Assembly (NCBI RefSeq): GCF_009914755.1
Contig: NC_060948.1
Reading direction: 5' to 3' (one strand)
Length of the DNA stretch: 64,000 nt
Source of the DNA: the human T2T-CHM13v2.0 reference genome, Homo sapiens
How positions within the stretch are numbered: position 1 is the first letter of the stretch; every line of letters starts with the position of its first letter. Under the pieces are notes generated by a model. It made no database searches. It had not been told where the DNA came from and worked only from the letters and a program-made list of their open reading frames with translations. Positions 44,014 to 57,419 of the stretch are shown here, piece by piece. A program made the translations under genes and the position numbers.

Positions 44014-45862
44014 GTGTTAAAGAGCAGAAAGTTTAATAAACAAGAAAGAAGAAAGAAAGAAGAAAAACAGCTTCCCTGTACAGAGGGAGGGAGGCTCTAA
44101 ATGGAGATACCACATGTGCAGTGGAAAGCAGTAGGTTATACTGAGAGTCTGGAAGAGGCAGTGTTTGATTTGCATAGGGCCCAGGGGATTGGTTTGACCA
44201 GGTGTGTCATTCATGTAGCCGGGAAAAAACTGGTCCTCCTACCCTAGCCTTTTAAGATGCAAATGTGGATCACCATAATGTCCTGCACACATGGTGTTAT
44301 CCGGAGACAGCCATGACACTTGTCACACGTGGTGACAAGGAGAAGAGGGAAGGAACTGCCATGTTGGGTGGATCTGGTTTCTAGCCATTGGTATGTGAAC
44401 ATTCATGCTTGCTGGTCTGGTTGTTCAAGCCACTTTCTGTTAGAAAGGAAATTGTTCGGAGGTTGCTTTTTATTAAAGAAAAATTCCACTGATAACTTCC
44501 ACACTTTCAAGCTGCCTAAAAATGATTTCTTAACTCCTGTATTATTTCCCCCCTCTGGAGAAGTAAACCTAACTGCTGCTAGGGGGTGTTGGATGACAAT
44601 TCTTTCTGGCTATTTCCTGCTGAAAAGGGGTGTTGTGTGGGGGAACAGCATTTGGGCCTCCTACTGAGGTTGATCTAATGGTTCTCAGAAGAATGGTGTG
44701 TCCATGCGTGGTTTGGTTTGCAGCACCATTTGGAGTTTGATTGCTTCTTGGCAAAAAGAAATAAATTTTACAAGGAAATTTAAAATATACAGTTAGCATA
44801 TGAGTATTAAGATTACCACTATTAGTGTACTTAATGTATTATTAGGGTACTATAGACCATAACTATGACAGTAGAGTGTGATACCTGTTAGTTACACCAA
44901 TGTATTGTAATACCGGTTTTCCTCCACTAGATGGTGCTGTACATTAGCAGAAACTTTAATATAAAAGTAACATTTTCCTTGAGAAAAGCATACATTTCCC
45001 CCTTGACTTGCCATTAGAGAACAATTTTAGACTTAGGCTATTTTTTATAACTTGCAATATGATTATGAGAAATATGTTATTGGGTGGCTAAAATAACTTT
45101 AGCGTTAATCTTGACAGTTCTTTCCTTGAATTATTAAATTCTTTCATGACTTTCACAGACCCTCTTACAACATACTTAAACTTTCTTACTTGTCCTAAAC
45201 ATCTTTCCTTTAAACAACCAATCATTTCCTTTTAGGACAAGAATTTACCATACAAAATCTTTCCTTATATAAAATCTCTTTTTTTTATAACCTTTTCATA
45301 GCTTACAGTGCACCATATTACCAATCTTCAATAAAATGTCCTATCAAACTTAATGATAGTAAAACTTTCATGCTTACTTCTTATCCACAGCTATTATTCC
45401 TGCTGTGGATATTATTCCAAAGCAAAATAACTTTGGTTAATCTTTTCTGCAATTATTAATCTTGTTATAAGGATGATAATTAGGCAAAATATTACAGCAA
45501 TTAGAATTTTACTACCAGAATTCCACATTGTGTGGCCAGAGTGTATAGTTCTATTGCAAATAGTAGCGTGACTATAATAATTCCCACAAGAGTGGTGTAG
45601 TAAATAATTTCCATTTAAAACTTTACTTGCCAATATATAACATTTCCCTTTAGGGATCTGCAAAATTACAAATGCAATTCTATGAATAATTAAAATCTGC
45701 CTGCCAAAATGCGTTAAAAAGAAGTTATAATATTTGGTGGCAAATTTTGAGAGGAAAGGCCAGAAATAAGAAAAATTATCTGGTGAGGCAGTAGTGGGAC
45801 TGAGTAAGATGAGTGGTCCTCACTCAGTTACTTATCTTTTATGCTTTTCAGCTTAAGATCTT

Positions 45863-46300
45863 CTATTTCTCCCCATTGATATTCAGGACATTCCTCTGTG
45901 CTGTCAGGGATTGCTCCCCCAGCTCTTCAGGCCTTGACTTGAGTGCAATGTATTCAGGAGTTGATTCCTGTAACTTTACTGCCGAGGGGATTGAAAGAAG
46001 AACAGTGCAAGGCCCTTGCCAGCTTGACATAGGGAAGGAGGGATGTGAGATTTTCACTAATACCACATTTTCCGTTGCTATTTTATAGGACATCCAGTAG
46101 TGGTAAGAGAATGTCTTTTCTTTTAAATGGCAGCATGAGCACAGAAAGCTAAGAAAGCGTACTTGGAGTTAGTATAAATGTTAGCTATCTTTCCCTTGCT
46201 TAATTCAAGTGATTTGTAAGAGCTGGTAGTTCAGCTAATTGAGCACTTGTGTCTGAGATGAAATGTTATTTAGAGTGACTACTGCTTATCCTGCCTTATG
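45863..46300 (-). pseudogene. ERV pol remnants (RNase H-like piece and integrase C-terminus)
   Basis: WQGPCTVLLSIPSAVKL is a GPY/F-like integrase motif; SAQLAEL and NIYTNSKYAF resemble RNase H. Confidence 0.7.
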
Positions 46301-46558
46301 TACTTCTTGCTTTACTGGCTGTTTGTTAGCTAAGAGCTCCCCCTAGAGGGCAGTGATCCTGCCACATATGTGGAGTGTAAACAGTTAAATTATTTCCTTG
46401 GGTTAATTTGGAGGCTTTTCTGACTCATGACAATGGCTTGGAAGCATGTGTAAACAATAGTTCTTCCTAACTGCAACTAAGGTTGAGAAAAATATTGGAT
46501 TAGAGTTTTTCCTGAGATACCCCTTACGGTCATGCTATGGAAAGAGGGGAGGCCTGGA

Positions 46559-48045
46559 TTAGGAGAAAAGAGAGAGACTGGCTCTAGTGTTTAGAAGGAG
46601 GTCTACTTTCCTTCCTTCAATTTCCAGAATCACCCGGGGTCCTGTGCTGTAATGGCAGTCTGAGTTGCTGGAGCCGGGGGTTTGAGCCCTGGGACCCATC
46701 ATTCCTGCTGGACCATCTGTGAGACTGGTTCTGAACCCAGGGACCTCTGTCTTTTGGGGCAGTTTCATCTCTGGTGGTCTCTTCTAAAGGCTGGATAGGG
46801 TTGAGGTGGCTTCTACTTGCTGCCTGGGCATTCCTTCTTAAAATGCCCTGGCCTGCCACACCGATAGCAACTAACAGATGCAGCTAGAAGACTGTGGACT
46901 TTGCAAGCCTATAAAGCTACTACTAGAGCCTCTATCCTTTTCCTGACCTTTCTCTTTTTCTTCTGGGTCTCCTCCTGGTCCCTATTATAAAAGACCAAAG
47001 TGGCCACCTTCAGAAGGTTCTCTGGTCCTGTAGCTTGCTTCTATAGTTTCCTTCTAATATTGGGAGCTGCCTGTGTAATAAACTTGTCCTTGAGGATGAG
47101 CTGTCCCTTGACTGAATCAGGGGATAAAGAGGTGTGTTTTATTAGTGCCTCTCTCAGCCTTTCCATAAAGGCTGCAGGATTCTCTTCTGGCTTTTGGTTT
47201 ATCATAGTCAGTTTAGAGTAATTGAGAGGTCTGGCCTTAGTTCTTTGTAGGCCCTCTAAAATGCATGTTAAAAAGTGCTTCCTTTTCCATTCGTCTGCAG
47301 AGCTATTGGGGTCACAATCAAGTTTGTCAAGGGGGAACTGCTTTCCTTTCAATTGAGAATGGTGTTTCTGCTATTTCTTCACTCTCCCTTTCTTCTTACT
47401 TATCTTTTGGTTTGTTATAGGGGATATATTGCTCATCTCCAAAATTATCTGCTATTTGCAGAGCTGCCTACTTTCCAGCTGCAGTGAGGGTTTGGTTTGG
47501 GAGCAGCATAACATCTTTCCATGTGAGGTGAAATACCTGAGTTGAATTGTGAAAAGTTTCTATATACCTATCAGGGTCATCAGAAAATCAGCCTAAGTTT
47601 CCCTTTATTTGCCTAGGGTCCTATTTGAGAAGGGAACTTGAACCCTCATTGCAACATTTCCATCAGGCATTTCCTGTAGAGGTAAGGGTGAAGTGGGGAA
47701 AGTGGGTAATAACGGAGGATGGTGGAGCTGGAGGAACTGATGGTACGATTGGATGGGGTTCTGAATGAGGGTAACTGGAAGGGTTGGGACATTCAATAGC
47801 TGTCTCAGATTGCTCCTATAAAATCTGCTTCAGCTCTGGGAAACTATTCCCTGTGGGCTTGCCTGCTATGGCTGCTAAAAGAACTGGGTTGCTCTTACAA
47901 TGCTTCCAAAGGTTTGGTAAAAATGCCATGCCCATGTGCAAAAGAAAATGAGTTGGTTTTCTCTTCAATGTCCTGAGGTCAAAGAAGTTCCAGTGTTTCA
48001 GGGTGCACTCCAGAGGGGTACAAGCTGAAGATAATCTGTTACCCG
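46559..48045 (-). pseudogene. ERV gag-pro pseudogene
   Basis: CA ORF 47041-47352 (QKPEENPAAFMERLREALIKHT...KDKFITQAAPNIRRKL); intact zinc knuckle CYRCGRPGHFKKEC near 46829-46870; protease site decayed to LLNTRA. Confidence 0.88.
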
Positions 48046-49448
48046 TCTAGAAAGAGAAGCAAGAATAAAAGCATCCTTTTAGACTCCTTCCTTTCTGTGT
48101 AACCCAAGGTGGAGAAGAAGACAGTGGAAGTGTCCTCCCGACTGTTTTCCCTCCCTGGTTCCTGGGTCCCGGCAGCCTGTTAAATGTGCCGCCCATGGTT
48201 GTAAGCAGGACCCTCCAAACCATAGAACTGGATGAACTAAGTGATGGGACTCACCACGCTTTACCCGTGCAACCTTAGCTTATCTGTCCTGTGTGATTCC
48301 CCTTTGACTTACTAAACCTATGTGATCTGCCTGGTTCTCCCAAAAAATGGATCTTGGGAAAGACTACATAAAAGACAAGCCTCCTTTAACGGAGGGAATT
48401 TGCTAGATTGCCTGCTATTATGGCCCGTTCTAAAGAATTTACCCTTAGAAAAATGGTTCTGGCTAACTTCTGTACTTAAAATCCCCTTACTAATTAAGTA
48501 CTATCTTAATCAGAGAGAGAATAGGTGCCTTAAAGGGACACTGGGACCTAATGACGACTTTCCTGCTGATGGGACAGTGTTGGGACTAAAATTTGGCTGC
48601 AGAGGACGTTTTATTCCTAATAGTTGAAAGCAGAAGTTTCCTTGTTCACAGAAGCAGCATAAAACCTGGTTTCTGGTAGAAAGGCATAAAAAGGAAAAAT
48701 TGGAAGGCTGCAATGTACCGCAGAAAACCAGCACATGAGTCTTATGAAGAGGATTTCTATTTTTCATGAGGTGGTGATGTTGGCTTAGAAATACCATGTA
48801 ATCACAAGCTGACTATTAGCCTATTAGCGAGTGGCCACACTGTGGGGGAAACGGGAGGTCTCTGTTCCTACAAGATTGCAACAGCATTTGCCTAAGCTAT
48901 ATCCCTGGTTACTACAGAATTTCCTGATCTTGACTAACAGGATTACTTCCCTAGACTGTAAAAATTCCCACATATTCGACACACAGAGAGAGTAAGAGAC
49001 TGTGGATAGAAAAAGAAGGAAAGTTTTGTGACAAGATAGCTGGGAATTCTTAACCAACACCCGGAGCAGACTGACTGAGGCTGGGTGCAGTACAGAAGCC
49101 TTTGAATAGCACCAGGGTATGCCCTGGCCAGCAATTCAGTTGCTTCAGTACTTTTCCAAGCCTCATGTAATGGCTAAGTTTCCCCAGGAAAAGAAACTGA
49201 GTCAAAACATGGCCAACATTCCCAATGACCCATGAGTAATGGAGGGTTCTCCATGTTCTCACTAGCAAACCTGACATCCAAGTCTTTATAACTGCAGCCA
49301 CGATAAGCGTATTTTTAAGCAGTTGACGGATTCCCATTAATTGATTTGATTTTGATTTTAAACTAGAAGCCAAGAGTGCCTCAGAATGATAGAACAGATT
49401 TTTAAGGTCCCTTCTATACTCACCACTCCAGTGAATGTCGTACCTTGG

Positions 49449-49466
49449 ATTCCAGCCAATGCACCA
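49449..49466 (-). promoter_or_regulatory. Primer-binding site complementary to the tRNA-Gly 3' end
   Basis: Minus strand TGGTGCATTGGCTGGAAT versus TGGTGCATTGGCCGGGAA, 3 nt after the 5' LTR. Confidence 0.8.
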
Positions 49467-50546
49467 AAATAATACGACTCTAATGACTGGAGAAACACCA
49501 GGGTCCTTTGTCTCACACCGCTAAGAATAATGAAATGACATACATGGAGTGATTTTTAAGGAGCGGAAAGTTTAATAGGCAAGAACAAAGAAAGAAAGAA
49601 GAAAAACAGCTCCCCCATACAGAGGGATAGAGGCTCTGAATGGATACACCCTGCGTGTGGTGGAAAGCAGTCGGTTATATTGGGAGGCTGGAGGAGGCGA
49701 TGTTGATTTACATAGGGCCCAGGGGATTGGTTTGAACCCGTGTGTCATTCACATAGCCCATGAAAAAATTGGCCCTCCCACCCTAGCCTTTTAATATGCA
49801 GATGTGGGTTGCCATGATGTCTTGCACACGTGGTGTCATCTGGGGGTGGCCATGACACCTGGCACACATGGTGACAAGAGAAGAGGGCGAGAACCACCAT
49901 GTTGGGTGGAACTGGTTTCTAGCTGCTGGCATTTGCATATCAATGCTTGCTGTTCTGGTTTTTCAAGCCACTTTCTGTTAGAAAGGAAATGGTTCAAGGC
50001 TTGCTTTTTATTAAAGGAAAATTCCACCAAGAACCACCCTTCCTAGCTGCATAAAAGTTATTTCTTAATAACTCCTTTATTATTATTATGAAGGAGACAT
50101 ATTTATTTAGTAGTAAGATATTAGGAGAGGGGAATCATTCTATAGTCCTACGATTTTGTGTCAGTTTTTTAGTGACCCTGTGTCCCTGGGCTGTGACCTT
50201 CCAAATTGGTTCTAAGTTTTGTTTTGTCATTTAGGTAAGACAGCATGATGAAAGGGGGCTGAAAATGGGTATTTATCTTCCCCTACAGAGAATACTAGAG
50301 AGTGGCTGGAGTGTATATTTCTTCTTTCAGGTCAGTTAGGCTCTGGTAAAACTGCAGTTAGTCAACCTCTTGTAAATAGTTTCTCTTGATAGCCAGCATT
50401 TCTAAGAAGAACAGAATGCTCTGATTATATTTTTAAATGATTAATTTTTTTTCTGTCTACCAGAAGCATGAGGAGAATTTTCTAGGCTCTTCACTGTGAG
50501 AACTTGGTACAGCTCCTGGAGGTAAACTCACAAAACTGTAGATATT

Positions 50547-50932
<386 letters not shown>

Positions 50933-52236
50933 TTAACATTCAGGTTGTTCTATTTGGTACTGGTTCCTATGGAGTTTTCTGCTCCAGGGCTGCTTCTTTG
51001 GTAGCTGTGATTGTCTATATCAGCATGTCTGTTTCTTCCATTTGGGGAGCAATGGTTTCTACTATGATATCAATACTCTGATGAATTGAAGAAAATTTGT
51101 TGATTTCTAGTTAGTTCCACTTATTTTTGTTTTTATTTGTAAGGATGGGAGTGATTACTTCTAAGCTTTTTGCATGCCAGACCTGAAAGTGCTATTTAAT
51201 TTTTATATTATATATCTGCATATTTTTGTCATTGCCTTCTACCTATGTTTCAAATATGTTTTTACTGAGTATCTTTTATAGTTGAAATTTTATCCAGTAA
51301 TAGTAATTTCACACATAATCACATACAACTTAAGAAAAAATACACAGTATGCCATGTACATATTTACCCATCAATGGTGATATTCTGCAAAATAATAATG
51401 CAATATCACAATATCACAACATCACAATATCAAAGAACCAGCTTTTTGTTTCATTTGTTCTCTATTGTTTTCCTGCTTCCAATTTCATTGGTTTCTGGTA
51501 AGATTTTTATTACACTTATATATGCCTGCTGTAGATTTATTTTACTCTTTATTTCTAGAATTTTGAGACAGTAACTTAGATTATTGATTTGAGACATATC
51601 TAGTTTTCTAATGTAAACAGTTTTGTAGTGTTTTTATGGTGATTGCTCTAGGTATTATAGTACACCTATGTGACTTATCACAACCTACGGGGAGCAACAT
51701 TTTGACACTGAGCAAAGCAGAAGAATCTTACTTCCATTAAGGTCTATTCACTTTCTCCATTTAAAATATCATAGTCTTGAGTATCAAATGGTCTTTTTTC
51801 AATTATCAAATATAATTTATAAAATTCATAACAAAATGAATACTTTTTTTGGTACCCCTATTTCTGCTATTTCTTTTGTGTTTCTTGTTCTGGTCTTCTG
51901 CTTGAAGATTGCTTCTTTTATTATTTCCTTCCCGTTAGAATAAATTTTTGTGAATGTTATTTATAGATAAGTATGTTAGCAACAAATTATTTTTATTTCA
52001 TTTGACAATGTCTTTATTTCCACTTCATGCTTGGAGGATAATTTGCCAAATATGACATTTGTGATTGATAGTGAATTTCTTTCAGCCCTTTAAATTGTTG
52101 TGCCTTTTCCTTTTGCCCTCAATTATCCAGTGTCATTTGACTTAGTGTTCCCCTGTAGTTTCCATGTCATTTCCTTCTGTCTGCGCCCAAGGTGTTTTCT
52201 TGGCTTTTAGTTTTGAGTAATTTAATTAAAATGTGT

Positions 52237-52300
52237 CTTGGCATAAAGTTCTTTGGGTTTATTTATACTTGGCATAAAGTTCTTTCGGTTTATTTATACT
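52237..52300. repeat. 31-bp tandem duplication (1 mismatch)
   Basis: CTTGGCATAAAGTTCTTT(G/C)GGTTTATTTATA occurs twice. Confidence 0.9.
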
Positions 52301-52594
52301 ATTTCAGATTCACTCAAATTCTTAATTAGGTACATTTATGTCTTTCATCAAACTTGGGTAGTTTTCAAGCATCATTTTTTTGAATTATCTTTGAGCTCCA
52401 CTCTCTTACTCCTGTCTTTTGTGGACTTTGATTATATGAACACTACATCATCTGGTATTGTCCCATGTGAATTCGGGGCTCTGCTAATATTTTAAATCTA
52501 TTTCCACTATTGTGCAGATTGACTTAATTTTATTGATCTGTCTACAAGTTGACAGATCCTACCATCTGTCTTCTCCAGTTTACCAGTTATCTTC

Positions 52595-52940
52595 AGTTTT
52601 ATTTTATTCTATCTGTCAAATAATTGTATATATTTATGGGGTACAATGTGGTGAAAAAACAACTAATATAATGAATAAAAAACCTCACAGATTTGGAGAA
52701 AACATTAGGAAATCATACATCAGGTAAGGAGCTAATATCCAAAATATATAGAGACTCAAACTACTCAATAACAAGAAAAAAAGCTGTATTTAAAAATGAG
52801 CAAAAGACCTGAATAGACATGTCTCAAAAGAAGACATACAAATGGCCAACAGATGTATGAAAAATTGCTCAACATCAGTAATTATCAGGGAAATGTAAAT
52901 TAAAATTGTTATGGAATATTACCTCACACGTGTCAGATTT
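52595..52940. mobile_element. L1MA-type insertion: short antisense 3' end joined to a sense ORF2 segment
   Basis: AATAATTGTATATATTTATGGGGTACAATGTG (-), then AAAAGAAGACATACAAATGGCCAACAG (+). Confidence 0.7.
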
Positions 52941-54681
52941 GTTACGACCATAAAAAATTCACCAAGTTTTTTTTCTTTAACTTACTGCAATATACCTCTA
53001 TAATTTTAATTTGGTTATTTTTTATATTCATATGAAAAGTATTTATATTTATACGTGCTTATTAAGGCACTTTTAAGATAGCTGCTTTACAATTCTTGTC
53101 AGATATTTCTCAAATCTAATTTATCTCAGTGTTGGCGTCAGTTTCATTTATTTTCTTGCTTCTTGATTTAATGTTTGATCCTTTTGTTGTGTCCTGGACA
53201 TTTTGTCTATTATGTTGGGAGACTATGTCCTATTTAAATCTTTTATTTTAGCAAGAATTCACTCTGTCTAAATTTCATATGTATGTTCCATATTACTTTT
53301 GTCAGCAGTGATTTAATCGATGATTTGATTTTCAGAGTCATTGTGGTGTTATTTGAGGCTAGATGGCTTATATGGTGCTACTATGGCTGCTACTGGTTAT
53401 TGCTGGTACTGACTAAGGGTACAGAAGGGATTTCCCTAGGCTGAGTTACTGGATGTCTCTCCAGGAGTCAGGGAGTCACAGGCAAATATGTAATGTAAAG
53501 AAGCTTTCCTTGCCAGGTACTTGTTGTGACAGAGCCTCTTCTGAATGTGAGAAATGGAAATTGCTTTTTGACCAGGGTATTTGTTGTGCAGGGATTCCTA
53601 TGGGCAGAAAAGGGAACTCTCAGAGACACTGGGATAAACAGGCTTAGAGGCAACCCTGGATGAACCATTATTTTGGCTGGGTTACTGGTGGTCTCTGGCC
53701 ATTCAGTGCTTCCCATTGAGTGAAGGCAAAAGACTATGAGGACTGTGGGTACAAAGAGGCTTCCTGAAACAGGTAGCACATTGTGGTCAGATATCTCTTG
53801 CCAGTTCTGCCTGCTCATTTCAGTATCTCTCATGGGTGAGGGGAGTGTCAGGATCAACAGTGAAAGAGAACACTTTCGCTGGCCTCCTCTTGTTACCAGA
53901 GCTCAAAATAATTCCTCTTGTCAGGCTTTCCTGACATCATAGGTCTCTCTTTTATTCTAGGAGAGGAATAAGACTACCTGTGATGGCAACTGCTGCTGTG
54001 TTGGAAATCAGGAAATGCTGGGCTTGGGATGCTTCTTTCTGTTAAGTGGGAGGATATAAGGAACCCTGCAGTTTTCCACCTTCTTGCTATTATTCAGAGC
54101 TCTCCTCTTACGTGTTTCTAGATGTATCATGTGTTATTTTTACAGTTGTGCTTAGATGGAGGATTGCAGAGAAGCATATCTCTGCCAAATTATTTTATTT
54201 TAGAACAGTTTAACATTTACAGAATAATTATGAATACAGTATAGAAAGTTCCTATATACCTCACACCCAATTTCTTCTATTATTAACATAATATGTAGGA
54301 TTGTACATTTGTCAATACTGATAAATTATTAATTAGTCAATACTGATAAATTATTATTAATTAGACTCTATATTTTATTTGTATTTCCTCACTCATGCAT
54401 TTTCTCATTTGCCCTTTCTGGTTCCAAGATCCTATCTAGGATGCTACATTACATTTAGTAGTTATGCATGTCTCCTTAGATTCCTTTGGTTGTGGCAATG
54501 TTTCAGACTTATCTTTTTTTTTTGTTATGGCTTTCATCATTGTGAGGATAGGCAGGTACTGCGTAGCATGTTCCTCAGTTGAAGATTGTCTGATGTTTTC
54601 CTTGTGATCTTACTGAAGTAATACCTTTTTGCTACCATGGTGTTAAAGCACTATTCTTATCACATCACATTTACATACTAT

Positions 54682-55488
54682 TGATACGAGAGGAGGGCAG
54701 AGAAGTGCTGGGCAAAGAAGTGTACGGTCCCTTGCAAGGGCTCCACCCTCAGGCCTGTGCCTACGAACCTAAGTGAGAACAGGCACTCCTGTTTTTGCAC
54801 CCAAATGCTGCATTTTCCAAGACCACTCTGGTCTGCACACTCCCCATCCTGTGCCCATAAAAAACCGAGACCTTTGCAGGCAAATACAAGCAGCTGGACA
54901 TCTATCTAGAGGAGCAGAGGAACACACAAGCAGACACCAGCAGACCAGTGACGGTGGGACAACACAGACACGGAGGGACTTTCGGCTCGGGGCAGTCAGA
55001 GAACAGTCTGGCCTCTGGGCAGCCCAGCTCCAGGAGAAGACCGCCTTCTCACAACATCCCCCTTCCAGCTTATCATCCACCTCACTGAGAGCCACCTCCA
55101 CACTCAATAAAACAATAAAACCTTGCACTCATCCTCCAAGCCCATCTGTGTTTCTATTTTTCTGGTACACAAGCAAGAGCTCAGAATACACAAAGCCCTC
55201 TGCCCTTGCAATAAGGCAGAGGGTCTAATTGAGCTGACTCACACAAGCCGTCTGAAAATGGCAAAGCTGAAAGAGCACACTGTAACACACACCCACTTCG
55301 GCTTCGGGAGTCATAAACACTCATCCTAGACACTGCCATGGGGTCGGAACCCAAAAGCGCTCCCCAAGACCTCTACACCCACCCGTCTGCATGTTCCCCC
55401 TAGGGGTTTGAGCAGCAGGGCACTGAAGAAGTGAGCCACATCTCTGTTGCGTGCCCAGGGAAGGGGATAAGGGAACTCTCCCATATCA
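54682..55488 (+). mobile_element. LTR1-family solo LTR (ERV1)
   Basis: TGATACGAGAGGAGGGCAG...CTCCACCCTCAGGCCTGTG...CCCATATCA, 807 bp; TSD CTAT/TTAT. Confidence 0.82.
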
Positions 55489-56271
55489 TTATCAGTATGA
55501 CTTGTCATATTTAATATTAACCTGAATCTCCTGGATTGTGTTAGTGTTTTTCAGGTCTCTCCACTGCAAAGTTACTTTTTTTTCTCTTACTCTCTATCTT
55601 CATACTGTACTCTTTAGAAGAAAGTTGCTATGCATGAAATATCTACCTAAATTATTGGAAATTCTACTTGGAATATATGTGTGTTCTTCCCAAAATATTT
55701 ATTTATTTAATCACTGGTTTACATAACTATGGACTGATGAATACCTATTTCATACTTTCAGTTATAACCAAATACAACTTTATTGATTTTGTTGCTTAAA
55801 TTGTTCCAGCTTTAGCCATTTAGAGCTTTTTCAGTTGTTTCCTGTTTCCTTTAGACATACCCTCCATGAGTTGTGTTTGTGTGTACGTGTGTATTTGTGT
55901 AAGGTATAAGGTTGGCGTGCATGTTTATGTTTTTCTTTCATATGGGTGTACAATTCTTCCAGCCTCCATTGTTTAAAAAACTATCCTTACTCCATTGAAT
56001 TGCCTTTGGTTTTTATCAAAGATCAATTGACTATGTTTTTGTGGGTCTGTATATGGGATGCCTATACTTTTTTATTGATCTATTTTCCTATTCTTTTGTC
56101 AATACAGTGTAGCCTTAGAGTAGGTCTTGAAATTAAGTGGCGTAAGTCTTCCAACTTAGTTCTTCTTCAGTATTGTGTTGGATATTCTAGATTGTTTCCA
56201 TTTTTATACAAACTTTGCAATTACTATGTCAATATTTACACACCAGTTTGCTGTAATTTCGATTAGGATTT

Positions 56272-56654
56272 TGATGTGGTTTGGCTCTGTGTTACCACTC
56301 AAATCTCATGTTGAATTGTAATCCCCATGTGTCAGGGGAGGAACCTGATGGGAGGTGATTGCATCATGGGGGCAGATTTCTTTTATGCTCTTCTTGTGAC
56401 AATGAGTGAGTTCTCAAGAGAACTGATGGTTTAAAAGTGTGACACTTCCCCCCTTGCTCTCTCTCTGTCTGCTGCTCCACCATGGTAAGACATGCTTGCT
56501 ACCCCTTTGTCTTCTGCCATGATTGTAAGTTTCCTGAGGCCTCCCAGTCATACTTCCTGTTAAGCCTGTAGAACTGTGAGTCAATTAAACCTCTTTTCTT
56601 CATAAATTACCCAGTCTTGGGTAGTTTATAGCAGTGTGAGAACAGTGGAATACA
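56272..56654 (+). mobile_element. THE1D/MSTA MaLR solo LTR
   Basis: TGATGTGGTTTGGCTCTGTGT...AATTAAACCTCTTTTCTT...AATACA, 383 bp; 5-bp TSD GATTT/GATTG. Confidence 0.9.
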
Positions 56655-57419
56655 GATTGTGTAGGTCAAGTTGGAATTAATTTATATTTTAACAATAAGG
56701 CATCTTCCAAATTAGGAAAATGGAATATCTATCTATTTAGTTATTTTATTTTTTTATCCGTGTTTTTTAGTTTTCTGTATATAGGCTCTGTACATATTTT
56801 GTTTGATTTATACTTAAGTATTTCTTATTCAGGATGCCATTATAAGTGGTATTATTTTATTTAAATTGAAAATTTGAATTGTTAATGGCTGGAATATATA
56901 TAAGCAATTGACTTTCATATATTAATCTTGTATCTTGAGACATTGCTATACTTACTTCAAGGAGTTCTTTGGTTGATTCTTTAAAAATGGCATCTGCAAA
57001 TACAGATGGTTTTATATCTCTCTTTCCAATTGTAATATGTTTTATTTCCTTTTTTGTCTTATTGCACTAATTATAAATTCTGGTACATTATGAATAGGAG
57101 TGGAAAGAGAGGATATTCTTACCTTGTTCCAGATTTTAGAGGATACATGTCCAGTTTCTTACTATTAAGCATGATGTCAGCTACAGATTTTTTAGATGTT
57201 CTTTATCAAGTTGATGACATTCCCTTTTATTTCTAGTTTACTGAGGTTTTGGTCATAGATATGTATTGGATTTTGTCGAATGATTTTTCCGCATCATTTG
57301 ATATAATTATATATTTTTTCTTTTTTAATCTATGAATGTGGTGGATTATATTAATTGATGCTTGCGTGTTGAAAACAGTCAGTATATGAGATTCATAAGT
57401 GAATTTTTGGGTCGTGTAT

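Larger units (their letters stand above)
43325..50082 (-). mobile_element. Two-LTR ERV1 provirus (MER51/LTR19-like LTRs; HERV9/W/HUERS-like gag), RT deleted
   Basis: LTRs at 49470-50082 (5') and 43325-44544 (3', interrupted); perfect TSD TTAT; PBS at 49449-49466; PPT at 44545-44556. Confidence 0.9.
51430..54185 (-). mobile_element. Old L1M fragments (ORF2, ORF1 and 5' region)
   Basis: AGAACCAGCTTTT...TTATTGATTTGAGAC and GGAGGATAATTTGCC are antisense L1 motifs. Confidence 0.55.
54190..57415 (-). mobile_element. L1MC/MD-type 3'UTR and ORF2 remnants hosting LTR1-like and THE1D-like LTRs
   Basis: TAGAACAGTTTAACATTTACAGAA 3' end; MNRSGKRGYSYLVPDFRG is the antisense reading of the RT region. Confidence 0.7.

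Noticed and set aside
47041-47352. Domesticated gag gene
   Set aside because: Only a 103-aa fragment flanked by stops and frameshifts remains, with no evidence of constraint.
54773-55228. 151-aa ORF, the longest in the window
   Set aside because: It lies wholly within a GC-richer LTR1-like solo LTR, starts at GTG and has no recognisable domain.
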